Part shown: piece by piece, positions 51,061-51,235 of the stretch
Position numbering within the stretch: position 1 is the first letter of the stretch
Layout: each line of letters starts with the position of its first letter
The notes under the pieces: model-generated
The model's input: only the letters and a program-made list of their open reading frames with translations
The model's database searches: none
Told to the model about the DNA's origin: nothing
Made by a program: the position numbers and the translations under genes
NCBI GenBank assembly: GCA_040222015.1
Contig: JAVJWO010000174.1
Coordinates: 1 to 51,235, forward strand
Reading direction: 5' to 3'
Source: Coleofasciculus chthonoplastes F2-STO-03
GTDB lineage: Bacteria; Cyanobacteriota; Cyanobacteriia; Cyanobacteriales; Coleofasciculaceae
Length of the DNA stretch: 51,235 nt

Positions 51061-51235
51061 GTCATACAATTGGCGTTTTCTGAAGTCTTGATTGACGCAC
51101 AAACGCCACCTATCGTAGGGGCCCGGCAAAGCCGTGCCCCAACAGGTATCCGCGGATGGGTATATTAACATTAACAAAAAAGTTTAATAATGCTGTCAGG
51201 TAGTTTAATAAATATGCGGATAAATGAGGGTACAA

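Larger units (their letters stand above)
207..51140. repeat. Dispersed GTAG-type REP-like palindromes and short heptamer repeats
   Basis: REP-like near 207, 255, 8448, 16054, 17794, 25994, 26055, 28267, 30002, 30250, 38552, 40000, 40860, 43798, 43964, 51116 (17794-17824 is the reverse complement of 39993-40023, 1 mismatch); TTTGTCA / GGGAACA runs near 16021, 16157, 20391, 38660, 39903. Confidence 0.8.

Overview
This window is from a filamentous cyanobacterium. The evidence is dense HIP1 GCGATCGC octamers, NtcA- and RpaB-type sites, gifA, a cyanobacterial gshA and the SSADH/2-OG-decarboxylase pair; a Coleofasciculus/Microcoleus-like host is a guess. The housekeeping backbone includes an FHA-GAF adenylate cyclase, pyk, HDAC, gshA, trmL, a LysM-M23 peptidase, tRNA-Met, priA, speB, pyrH-frr, a GGR-family reductase, two tandem gifA copies and gabD + 2-OG decarboxylase. 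Accessory material: (1) a small protein + DndD/Rad50-like ATPase + CHAT-STAND-TPR run; (2) a HIP1-free two-gene cassette (toxin-like 148 aa + catalytically dead ImmA/IrrE-like 446 aa); (3) a fragment graveyard with a CHAT pseudogene and a convergent, deletion-fused type II R-M pair beside an RHH-like regulator; (4) a tRNA-Met-linked tyrosine integrase; (5) two IS200/IS605-derived, protein-less omegaRNA-like elements flanking a Cys-repeat (NPCAGK) lipoprotein gene; (6) a NACHT-HEAT protein; (7) many REP/MITE-like palindromes, some inserted in frame in genes. No CRISPR array, reverse transcriptase or rRNA is visible. All family calls come from motif recognition by eye; no searches were run.
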